Source: a virus
DNA: 64,000 nt
Strand: one strand, 5' to 3'
IMG/VR virus record: IMGVR_UViG_3300027977_000027
Span: 9,021 to 73,020 of that record
How positions within the stretch are numbered: position 1 is the stretch's first letter; each line of letters starts with the position of its first letter. A program made the translations under genes and the position numbers. Shown one piece after another: positions 9,810 to 17,601 of this stretch. The notes under the pieces were generated by a model. That model was not told the origin of the DNA. It ran no database searches and was given only the letters and a program-made list of their open reading frames with translations.

Positions 9810-9867
9810 AGAATGGATTCAGCAATTTAAAAAAATTTTTTATGGAAAAAAAAACAAAACCATTCTG
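9810..9867 (+). ncRNA. Candidate Y-RNA-like ncRNA, copy 3 (minimal)
   Basis: Terminal stem agaatgg/ccattct with TTCAGCAA and an A/T-rich loop. Confidence 0.5.
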
Positions 9868-9877
9868 TAACTAACAC

Positions 9878-9907
9878 AAACCCCACTTATGTGGGGTTTT
9901 CTTTTTT
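9878..9907 (+). terminator. Intrinsic terminator closing the ncRNA operon
   Basis: aaaccccac-ttat-gtggggtttt. Confidence 0.8.
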
Positions 9908-10034
9908 ATACAAATTTTAAATTAATTTTTTTTAATGTTTTTATTAATTTTACTATACAATGGTTGTAAGTTAAAAATAAGTTCGTGCCAATAGTTGTTT
10001 ATTTCTGATTTTATTAGTATTTTTGTATAAAAAC

Positions 10035-10658
10035 ATGAGAAAAAAAATAATTGGTTTATCTGGAAAAATAGGTAGTGGAAAAGATACCTTTGCTGAATTA
10101 TTATCTAAACAATTACAAGATAAAGTTGAAAGACATGCTTTGGCTGACAAGTTAAGATTGATAACTGAGATTGTTAGTGGTGTTAGAATGACAACAACAC
10201 ATGAAGTGAATAAACCGTTTTGTAATGAAATACGTAACTACACACAAGACCAAAAAAACATAGTTATTAAACAATTTAATAAGACTATTGGGGAAACATT
10301 ACAACTAGTCGGTACCGAATTATTTAGAGATAATTACGATACTGATATTTGGGTTAAATCTTTATTCAATCATGAGTTAGAAAAAAAATTAAGTGATGGT
10401 AAAATAATTGTTATTCCAGATGTAAGATTTATAAATGAGGCTGATTATATAAGTAAAGAAGGTGGGTATTTAATCAGGTTAGAAGGTGACCCAATGGATG
10501 TTAGAAAAAATAGTTTACGTGATTTAAACCACGTTTCTGAAACAAATTTAGATATATATACAAATTTTGACAAAATCATTTACAATGATAAAAAAGATAT
10601 TAATCATTTAAAAAATATTGTTAATGATTTAATAATTGAATTATCGTTAAATATTTAA
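10035..10658 (+). CDS. Deoxynucleoside monophosphate kinase
   Basis: GLSGKIGSGKDT P-loop, LQLVGTE, IPDVRF.NE, H.SE. Confidence 0.85.
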   Translation: MRKKIIGLSGKIGSGKDTFAELLSKQLQDKVERHALADKLRLITEIVSGVRMTTTHEVNKPFCNEIRNYTQDQKNIVIKQFNKTIGETLQLVGTELFRDNYDTDIWVKSLFNHELEKKLSDGKIIVIPDVRFINEADYISKEGGYLIRLEGDPMDVRKNSLRDLNHVSETNLDIYTNFDKIIYNDKKDINHLKNIVNDLIIELSLNI

Positions 10659-10702
10659 AAATTAAAATATTTTTAATACCTTTGTAAAAATATTTATTGA
10701 TT

Positions 10703-11281
10703 ATGAAAGATAATATCAAACAAATTCTTAGAGAAGGACTTATTCGTGAAGAACGTATCAAGTTTGATTTACGCATACCTAGTGATATACAAGAAATAAA
10801 AGACGTGTTTAAAAAGAACGGATTTAAATTGTATGTTGTTGGTGGTGCTGTACGTGATGCACTTTTAAATAAGACACCCAAAGACTTTGATTTGGCTACT
10901 GATGCAGTTCCAGATAAGGTTGAAGAAATAATGGCCAAGGCTGGATTCAAAACCCTTCCAACAGGCAAGGCGTTTGGGGTTATAAACGTATTTACCAGTG
11001 AAGGTGAATACGAAATTGCAACTTTTAGGTCTGATGAAACTTCTGGTAGAAATCCAGAAGTTAAATTAGGAGCAACAATAGAATCGGATGCTGCTAGAAG
11101 AGATTTACGAATTAATGCATTATATTATGATTTAGATACTAATGAAATAATTGATTTAGTTGGTGGGCTTGATGATTTAAAGAATGGTGAAATTAATATG
11201 GTTGGAAACGCACAAAAACGTTTTGAAGAAGACCCACTTAGAATTTTACGTTTTTTTAGGTTTTTTTCTAGATTTAACTAA
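10703..11281 (+). CDS. cca: CCA-adding / poly(A) polymerase family nucleotidyltransferase, N-terminal fragment
   Basis: VGGAVRD, DFDLAT, EIATFR, DAARRDLRINAL, RFEEDPLRILR; stops right after this motif. Confidence 0.9.
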   Translation: MKDNIKQILREGLIREERIKFDLRIPSDIQEIKDVFKKNGFKLYVVGGAVRDALLNKTPKDFDLATDAVPDKVEEIMAKAGFKTLPTGKAFGVINVFTSEGEYEIATFRSDETSGRNPEVKLGATIESDAARRDLRINALYYDLDTNEIIDLVGGLDDLKNGEINMVGNAQKRFEEDPLRILRFFRFFSRFN

Positions 11282-11330
11282 CTGAAGATACGTTTAGGGT
11301 TTTTCGTTATATTTATAGTAAAAGAATATT

Positions 11331-12200
11331 ATGCAAAAACTATGGAAAAAAGAAGAAATTGATTTATTGGTAAGATTATATGAAATTGATGGTTTATCTG
11401 TTACTGAATTATTTCCACTTTTCAACGAAAAATATAATAGGCCAATTATTGGTTTACAAGTTAAAATTGGTAGACTCAAACTAAGACATAGTAAAGAACA
11501 AATTAAAGCTATAAAGTCAAGATTAAATAGTGGTGAATTAAATGGTATGTTTGGTAAGAAATCACCTATGAAAGGGTTAACTTCAGAAACATCGGAAATA
11601 GTTAGAATTAAATCAGATAAAACATCTAAAACCAGAAAAGAAATGTTTAAAAATGGTGAGCTACAACCATTAACTGGTTCAACAAACCCTATGTATGGTT
11701 CTATATCTTGGAACAATGGTTTAAATAAATACATGGATAAACGTATATTTAATTATGGTGAAAAGATATCTAAAATTAAAAAAAAAGAGTGGGAAAATAA
11801 AACTGAGAATGAAAAAAGGGAAACAATACTTAGGTTAAATAACGCTATGATTCAAACAAAAAAACCGACTAAAATTGAAGATAAAATAGAAAACTTTTTA
11901 AAAGAAAATGAGGTAAAATATATTAAGAATAAACGTTACGATTTATTTATATTTGATTTCTACTTATTAGAATTTAATTTTGTGATTGAATGTGATGGTG
12001 ATTATTGGCACGCAAACCCTTTATTTTATAATGGTAAAAAATTAACTGATGCACAAATAAAAAATATAGAAAGAGATAAAAGAAAAAATTTGTTATTAGA
12101 ATCAAACTTAATTGATTTTGTTAGGTTTTGGGAGTTTGATATTAAAAATAATTTTGAAATAATAAAAAAAACAATATGGGAGAAATTACAAAAGAAATAG
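11331..12200 (+). CDS. Vsr-like/DUF559 endonuclease splitting the cca gene
   Basis: NGMFGK and NPMYG repeats; FDFY...IECDGDYWHANP...VRFWE. Confidence 0.8.
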   Translation: MQKLWKKEEIDLLVRLYEIDGLSVTELFPLFNEKYNRPIIGLQVKIGRLKLRHSKEQIKAIKSRLNSGELNGMFGKKSPMKGLTSETSEIVRIKSDKTSKTRKEMFKNGELQPLTGSTNPMYGSISWNNGLNKYMDKRIFNYGEKISKIKKKEWENKTENEKRETILRLNNAMIQTKKPTKIEDKIENFLKENEVKYIKNKRYDLFIFDFYLLEFNFVIECDGDYWHANPLFYNGKKLTDAQIKNIERDKRKNLLLESNLIDFVRFWEFDIKNNFEIIKKTIWEKLQKK

Positions 12201-12778
12201 ATATTGCTTTGAAAAACACTGTTCATTTATTAAGTGGTATATCTAGTGAACGTATCCGTGATGAATTTATTAAAGGTATTGTTTCAGCAAAGTCACAAAA
12301 AGACTTTTTGGGGATGTTGGATAAGTACAAGTTATTTGATTGGATATTCAAAGGTTTGGATGTGGATATGGGATTTGTTAACAGACTTGGTGGTTATAAT
12401 CATGATGATTATATTGTATTGTTAGCAAGACTTCTTAAGAAAAACAACTTAGATTTATTGAAGAAAAAATTGAATGAATTAAAATATTCAGTTGAAGAAG
12501 TAAAAACCATAACTTTCCTTATTGCTATGTTAAAGCTAGATGTTGATACTGCTGTAACACTTAAAAGAGCTGAAAAAAATTCTGGTGTAACTCCAGACCA
12601 AATTAGGGATTTTTGTGGTAAGGAAAATGTAAGTAGTCAATTACTAGATGCTTTTGAGGAATTTAGACTAACAGTTAGTGGTCCAGAAGTTATGGATGAC
12701 TTGGGGTTAAAACCAGGACCAGAACTTGGAAAAGCAATTCAAAAGATTGAAACGGATAATTTCAAAAAACTTTTATAG
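12176..12778 (+). CDS. cca: CCA-adding enzyme, C-terminal fragment
   Basis: ISSERIRDEF.K and C-terminal G.EVM..LGLKPGPELG motifs. Confidence 0.85.
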   Translation: MGEITKEIDIALKNTVHLLSGISSERIRDEFIKGIVSAKSQKDFLGMLDKYKLFDWIFKGLDVDMGFVNRLGGYNHDDYIVLLARLLKKNNLDLLKKKLNELKYSVEEVKTITFLIAMLKLDVDTAVTLKRAEKNSGVTPDQIRDFCGKENVSSQLLDAFEEFRLTVSGPEVMDDLGLKPGPELGKAIQKIETDNFKKLL

Positions 12779-12826
12779 TGTTTATTTTTTAATAAACCAA
12801 GATATTTATATCTATAAACAAATACT

Positions 12827-13444
12827 ATGAAAAAAAGAGAAATTATAACTGAGACCAAAAGAAAATCTTTATTAGCAGATAGAGAAAAAGCCATCGTTGA
12901 GTCATTTGCAAAAACTTTTAACAAAATAAAAAGATTGGACGAAGCTTATGGAATGTCCTTTGAGGATGCCAAAGCCGAAGCAAAAAGAATTTCTGATGAA
13001 GAAGGTGGTGTAGCTCAACACGTAAATCAAGTTGGCGAAGATAAATTTATTGTTTCTGATTTTTTTGACGCTGACACAACAGTGGCTAGCTTTGGAATTG
13101 GAATTGATGAAGCCGAATATTATGACGGTGACGATTATGAACAAGCTTCTAGAAGCATTGAATATGGTATTGACCCATATGCTGAAAGACCATCATTGTT
13201 TGATGGTGTAGATAGAATATCGGTTGCTAGACCAGAATACAATGGCGCAGTAATGAATAGCATATACGGTATATATATCATTTACAAAGATGGTAAACAA
13301 GAAAAAATACATTCAGTAGAAGAGTTTAATGATAAATTTGGTACTGATATACCATTAACAAAAGACCCAAGAGAAGTTGTTTCTTACATTGAAACAAATT
13401 ACCCAGAAGTTACTGTTTATTTGGATGAATTTGATGTATCATAA
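12827..13444 (+). CDS. Hypothetical acidic protein, possibly virion-associated
   Basis: 205 aa ORF preceded by ATATTTATA. Confidence 0.65.
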   Translation: MKKREIITETKRKSLLADREKAIVESFAKTFNKIKRLDEAYGMSFEDAKAEAKRISDEEGGVAQHVNQVGEDKFIVSDFFDADTTVASFGIGIDEAEYYDGDDYEQASRSIEYGIDPYAERPSLFDGVDRISVARPEYNGAVMNSIYGIYIIYKDGKQEKIHSVEEFNDKFGTDIPLTKDPREVVSYIETNYPEVTVYLDEFDVS

Positions 13445-13458
13445 TTTTTTTCAAAAAG

Positions 13459-13553
13459 ACTTGCTTTTTTAAAAAAAGTTTAGTACCTTTGCATAACTTT
13501 TATAAACAAAGACATATTTAATAGAAACAGGGGGAACCCAAAAAAGAAAAACA
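13459..13553 (+). promoter_or_regulatory. Bacteroidota-type promoter and conserved 5' UTR of tRNA array 1
   Basis: acttgc...TACCTTTG; about 75 nt nearly identical to 33148..33224. Confidence 0.75.
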
Positions 13554-13655
13554 ATGAGAAACATTAACATACATATTAATTCGATTAGCATGTGGAGACG
13601 CAATAGTAATCCACTTGAATCGGCTATGTCTGTAAGTTTCTTTAGTGACTTTTAA
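13554..13655 (+). CDS. Putative attenuator leader peptide 1 (33 aa)
   Basis: MRNINIHINSISMWRRNSNPLESAMSVSFFSDF*; codons match the downstream anticodons. Confidence 0.75.
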   Translation: MRNINIHINSISMWRRNSNPLESAMSVSFFSDF

Positions 13656-13680
13656 AAATCACAAACAAACAATAAAGAAG

Positions 13681-13722
13681 AACCCGATTCAGAATAAAAT
13701 CTAAATCGGGTTTTTTGTTTTT
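13681..13722 (+). terminator. Attenuator terminator upstream of tRNA array 1
   Basis: aacccgatt...aatcgggtt with T run; 5' arm also complementary to tgaatcgg at 13616-13623. Confidence 0.8.
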
Positions 13723-13749
13723 TGGTTCATTGACATATTGGTTAAATAC

Positions 13750-13820
13750 ACAGGACACAGGCTTGGTGTCGGTGGGCTCCCCAAAAGCTTCACGAGTTGC
13801 TTCGATTGCAACGTCCTGTG
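13750..13820 (+). tRNA. tRNA-Trp(CCA), atypical
   Basis: Acceptor acaggac/gtcctgt, loop CCCCAAA (C33), weak D arm. Confidence 0.6.
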
Positions 13821-13825
13821 CACAT

Positions 13826-13908
13826 ACACTAGCTCATGGGCGTGACCAACAGACTCCAAATCTGTTCTTAGGATTAAATGGTTGTAGATTCGACTTCTAC
13901 CTAGTGTG
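13826..13908 (+). tRNA. tRNA-Trp(CCA) with long variable region
   Basis: Acceptor acactag/ctagtgt, acaga-CTCCAAA-tctgt, T arm gtaga-TTCGACT-tctac. Confidence 0.75.
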
Positions 13909-13913
13909 CATAT

Positions 13914-14000
13914 GGAAGGTGCCTCGCATGGAGCGAAACTAGTCTTGAAAACTAGGGTGGCGGTGATGAGCCGTCAGGGGGTCGGGTCCTCCACCTTCCT
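13914..14000 (+). tRNA. tRNA-Ser(TGA), divergent T loop
   Basis: ggaaggt/accttcc, ctagt-CTTGAAA-actag, long variable arm. Confidence 0.8.
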
Positions 14001-14007
14001 CTTACAT

Positions 14008-14080
14008 GGTGTTAGTAGCTCAGAGGCAGAGCGCTGGTTTGTGAAGCCAGAGGTCGGGATTTCGAAATTCCTCTAACACC
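14008..14080 (+). tRNA. tRNA-His(GTG)
   Basis: G-1, loop TTGTGAA, C73. Confidence 0.9.
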
Positions 14081-14205
14081 CTCTTAAAATTTAACCGTCA
14101 CCAAACAATGGTTTGGACTCCATGAGTGGGATGCCAGTGAATATGATAATAAACTGGGGCGGTTTAGGGATTGGGAAAATTAAAATAACATTGCGCCATA
14201 CCGAG

Positions 14206-14271
14206 CGAACCTGATAAATTCGATATTCGTAGCTGGTGTTGAAAACGTGAGTTCGAGTCTCACCGTGCCTA
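14206..14271 (+). pseudogene. tRNA-Ile(GAT)-like 3' two-thirds; no 5' acceptor strand found
   Basis: cgaac-CTGATAA-attcg, variable-arm hairpin, canonical T arm gtgag-TTCGAGT-ctcac. Confidence 0.55.
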
Positions 14272-14279
14272 CTAAACAT

Positions 14280-14361
14280 TCATAGGTAGCCTAGAGGCCA
14301 GGCAGCAGACTGTTAATCTGCGGAAGCAATTCCTACGTGGGTTCGATTCCCACCCTGTGAG
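14280..14361 (+). tRNA. tRNA-Asn(GTT) with long variable arm
   Basis: gcaga-CTGTTAA-tctgc, variable arm ggaa-gcaa-ttcc, G73. Confidence 0.85.
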
Positions 14362-14371
14362 CAAATAATAT

Positions 14372-14458
14372 GGTGTGGTGGCAGAGAGGTCGATTTCGAT
14401 AGACTCATATTCTCTTTCCTTACCAAAGGACACACAGATTCGAATCCTGTCCACGTTA
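14372..14458 (+). tRNA. tRNA with CAT anticodon (Met or Ile2), long variable arm, degenerate
   Basis: Loop CTCATAT, variable arm tcctt/aagga, several G:U pairs and mismatches. Confidence 0.6.
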
Positions 14459-14464
14459 TAACAT

Positions 14465-14537
14465 GGTTCCATAGTGTAACGGAAACACACTTCGCTACGA
14501 ACGAAGAGATTTGGGGGTTCGAATCCCTCTGGAACTA
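14465..14537 (+). tRNA. tRNA-Arg(ACG)
   Basis: cttcg-CTACGAA-cgaag cloverleaf. Confidence 0.92.
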
Positions 14538-14545
14538 CAAAATAT

Positions 14546-14617
14546 GGTCTCGGAGCATGATGGATATGCGACATCGTTCTAAGGTGTTCTATGTGGGTTC
14601 GACTCCCATCGAGACTA
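14546..14617 (+). tRNA. tRNA-Arg(TCT)
   Basis: acatc-GTTCTAA-ggtgt; acceptor ggtctcg/cgagact. Confidence 0.8.
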
Positions 14618-14621
14618 CAAT

Positions 14622-14710
14622 GGAGAATTAACTGGGCAGGGTCCCAGACTTATTTGCTAAATAATGTGTGCGTTTAAAAAACGCATGGTTTTCAATTAAC
14701 CAGTTCTCCG
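14622..14710 (+). tRNA. tRNA-Ser(GCT)
   Basis: Loop TTGCTAA, variable arm tgcgttt/aaacgca, G73. Confidence 0.8.
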
Positions 14711-14779
14711 CTTTAAATAACCAATATGTTTTAATTTTTTATAAACATCTTTATATTTATGTATAAAAAGATAAAAGAA

Positions 14780-15166
14780 ATGTTTATACCAAACCACCTA
14801 CATTTGATAGTTAAGGGTAACTTTAAAAACCCACCAACAGAAGTTGATGTTTTAAATAAATGGTTTATCAATTTAGTTGAAAAAGTTAGAATGGTTGTAG
14901 TAGCTGGACCTACTTCAGTTTATGTACATGAAGAAGGCAATGAAGGCTTAACAGGAACCGTAACATTAGCAACTTCTCATGGAAGTTTTCATTGTTGGGA
15001 CAATACAAATCCACCAATGTTTCAATTTGATTTATATTCATGTTCTTGTTTTACTGCTGAAGAGGTTTTAGCGCACTTGGATGAATTTGGTTTAATCAAA
15101 TACGAATATATTTTAATAGATAGAAACGGAGACAAAATGGTTATCATTGAAGATGGCTCAAAATGA
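14780..15166 (+). CDS. speD: S-adenosylmethionine decarboxylase proenzyme
   Basis: GLTGTVTLATSH (self-cleavage Ser), H.W, FDLYSC. Confidence 0.8.
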   Translation: MFIPNHLHLIVKGNFKNPPTEVDVLNKWFINLVEKVRMVVVAGPTSVYVHEEGNEGLTGTVTLATSHGSFHCWDNTNPPMFQFDLYSCSCFTAEEVLAHLDEFGLIKYEYILIDRNGDKMVIIEDGSK

Positions 15167-15476
15167 CGACAAAGTAGATTTTTTCCAATTTAGTTTTTGG
15201 CTTTTAAAAGATGTTTTTTGGCTTTTAAAATGGAAAATATTAGCCATGTCGATGGCTATTCCAACAGTAATCTTAACAATCTATTTGTTGGTTAAAACAA
15301 AAAGATTAATATCTACAAATACCATATTTTCATCATGGGTAATGACAAATGTTTTTTGGATGTTACATGAATTATATGGTACACCATTAGGCTTAGCCAA
15401 GATATTTATAGTAACAGGAATAACAACACTGGTTTTATATGTAATCAAAAACTATAAAACCCTATTAAAAAAATAG
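15153..15476 (+). CDS. Small multi-pass membrane protein
   Basis: Three to four hydrophobic segments; directly upstream of the endolysin. Confidence 0.6.
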   Translation: MAQNDDKVDFFQFSFWLLKDVFWLLKWKILAMSMAIPTVILTIYLLVKTKRLISTNTIFSSWVMTNVFWMLHELYGTPLGLAKIFIVTGITTLVLYVIKNYKTLLKK

Positions 15477-15478
15477 TT

Positions 15479-15994
15479 ATGGATAACATTACGCTTCAAA
15501 GGATTCAGGTTTTACACCCTAAAGTTAGAACTGAAGTTGAAAACATTTACAAAAATCAAATAGTACCAGCTTTAACTGGAAGAGCAATATGCAGATTTGC
15601 ATACACTCTTAGAACATTTGCTGAACAAGATGCTTTATATGCTCAAGGCAGAACAAGATTATTTGATGCCAATGGAAATAGATTAGGTGTGGTTACAAAA
15701 GCCAAAGGTGGTCAGTCTATTCATAATTTCGGTTTGGCTTTGGATATCGTTTTAATTAAAGATAATAAAACCGCTAGTTGGGAAGACAATGTTGATTTTG
15801 ATAAAGATGGAAAAGCCGACTGGATGGAAGTGGTTGATATATTGAAAGCCAATGGTTGGTCATGGGGTGGTGATTGGAAATCATTTAAAGATAAACCACA
15901 TTTTGAAAAAACATTTGGTTATACTTGGCAACAATTATTGGCAAAACACAACGCTCGTGATTTCATTGCTGGCACCAACTATGTGAATATTTGA
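15479..15994 (+). CDS. M15 family L-Ala-D-Glu peptidase (endolysin)
   Basis: RTFAEQDALYAQGRT, SIHNFGLALD, WGGDW...DKPHFE. Confidence 0.9.
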   Translation: MDNITLQRIQVLHPKVRTEVENIYKNQIVPALTGRAICRFAYTLRTFAEQDALYAQGRTRLFDANGNRLGVVTKAKGGQSIHNFGLALDIVLIKDNKTASWEDNVDFDKDGKADWMEVVDILKANGWSWGGDWKSFKDKPHFEKTFGYTWQQLLAKHNARDFIAGTNYVNI

Positions 15995-15995
15995 T

Positions 15996-16571
15996 ATGAA
16001 ACAGTTAATTAAAAAATTATTAAGAGAATCTTTAAATGAAATTGTTTCTGGTGGAGAATACATTGTGTACCATGGAACAAATTCTGACATCCAAAAATTC
16101 TCTGATGAGTTTGTTGGTAAAGAAGAAGCCACAGACCAAGAGGGACCAGGAATATATTTTACCACTTTAAAAGAAGAATCTGAAATGTATGGTAAAAATC
16201 TTTATAGTGTTAAACTAACACCAAGAAAATTAATGGATATGACACCCATTAATAAAAATAAATGGCGTTCTTTTACAACAAAAATGTTACAGTCTGCACC
16301 AGATTGGGAAGATACAGCGCAAAATTTTAATCAGAATCCTAGAAAAGGTCTTATTTTAGCTGTTGAAAGTATGATGGATTACAACGACACAGAAAAAGAC
16401 CTTGCACAACAAATTTGGTATGACTTTTATCGCTATACACCAGTCGATTTTGTTAGAAACATGGTAGATATGGGTATTGATGGAATAATAGTGCCTAGAG
16501 AAAAGAGTAACCATATAATTGTGTACAACCCAAACATTATAGATGTTTTAGAGGTGGAAAACAAAGATTAA
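15996..16571 (+). CDS. ADP-ribosyltransferase-fold protein
   Basis: VYHGT...GPGIYFT...YG...GIDGII pattern. Confidence 0.55.
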   Translation: MKQLIKKLLRESLNEIVSGGEYIVYHGTNSDIQKFSDEFVGKEEATDQEGPGIYFTTLKEESEMYGKNLYSVKLTPRKLMDMTPINKNKWRSFTTKMLQSAPDWEDTAQNFNQNPRKGLILAVESMMDYNDTEKDLAQQIWYDFYRYTPVDFVRNMVDMGIDGIIVPREKSNHIIVYNPNIIDVLEVENKD

Positions 16572-16625
16572 AAAAATTCAGTTATTTATTTGGAAAGATA
16601 AAATATTTTTTGTACCTTTGCACTT

Positions 16626-17555
16626 ATGAAAGAAAGAATTAAAGAAATATTGCGTGAAAGTGTTGATAAAAACATACTTGGTGTTACGATTACAAGACCT
16701 AACCAAGAATTAATTGTGATGAGGGGCGTATCTGGTGCTGGAAAGAGTACCAAAGCTAAATCTTTGGTTGGTCAAGGTAAAATCCATTCAACTGATGACG
16801 TTATTGAAGCTGGCGGTGATTACCGTGAATTTTTTGCTAAGATGATTGCGTCTGGAGATTTTAGCCCACTCAGCAAGGTACATTCTCAAAACTTAAAAGA
16901 CGCTATTGAGTCAATGAAAGCTGGTATCACACCAGTTATTATTGATAACACCAATATAAAACAAAATGAGCCAAAAGCTTATGTTAAAGCCGCTTTGGAA
17001 TTAGGGTTTGCTGACAATAATATAAAATTCGTAGATGTTGGTACTGCTGGTATTGAAGCTGCACAATTAGCCGCAAGAAACACACATGGTGTACCATTGG
17101 AGAAGATTGAGGCTATGATAGCAAGTCATACAGCGCAGGGCCCATTAACATTAAAAAGTGTGTTAGATTCAAAAGATATGTACAAATCATCAAACGTTTT
17201 ATACTCGGCTGTTGTTTTAGACAAAGCTTCACATAATAAATTGCTTGACAAATTTGCATTAGAAATGCCAGAAGGTTGGAAAACGTATGCCCATCATATG
17301 ACAATAACCATGGGTGAATTGAAGGATAAAACTGACATTGGTAAAGAAGTTATCCTTAAAGTAACAAAGGTTGGATTGTCTGATATGGCTATGGCTGTTC
17401 AAGTTGAAGGTTATCAGTCAAAAAATGCTATTCCTCACGTTACTTTAGCGGTAAACCCAGATGGTGGTAAGCCAGTTATGTCCAATGATATTACTACTTG
17501 GCAAGATATCAAACCATTTTTTATCACAGGGTTTGTAACAGAAGTTAAAAAATAG
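16626..17555 (+). CDS. Polynucleotide kinase-like P-loop fused to 2H cyclic phosphodiesterase
   Basis: MRGVSGAGKST, IIDNTN, RNTHGVP; two HxT motifs (HMTI, HVTL). Confidence 0.85.
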   Translation: MKERIKEILRESVDKNILGVTITRPNQELIVMRGVSGAGKSTKAKSLVGQGKIHSTDDVIEAGGDYREFFAKMIASGDFSPLSKVHSQNLKDAIESMKAGITPVIIDNTNIKQNEPKAYVKAALELGFADNNIKFVDVGTAGIEAAQLAARNTHGVPLEKIEAMIASHTAQGPLTLKSVLDSKDMYKSSNVLYSAVVLDKASHNKLLDKFALEMPEGWKTYAHHMTITMGELKDKTDIGKEVILKVTKVGLSDMAMAVQVEGYQSKNAIPHVTLAVNPDGGKPVMSNDITTWQDIKPFFITGFVTEVKK

Positions 17556-17601
17556 TTTGCGTAAACTTGGTTATTCAAAATTAATTTAGTACCTTTGCTT
17601 T

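Noticed and set aside
11282-12200. Group I intron in cca
   Set aside because: Only 49 nt upstream and an overlap downstream of the endonuclease; no room for a ribozyme core.
13554-13722. T-box riboswitch as the control element of the tRNA arrays
   Set aside because: No T-box consensus (AAGGTGGTACC-like) or stem I is visible; a translated leader explains the pattern better.
13715-14574. ORF-track proteins over tRNA array 1 (likewise 33472, 33778, 36459, 36590, 9476, 7766)
   Set aside because: Shadow ORFs overlapping RNA genes.
14546-14617. Amber suppressor (CTA) reading of this tRNA
   Set aside because: The stem acatc/ggtgt centres TCT in the 7-nt loop, so it is Arg.
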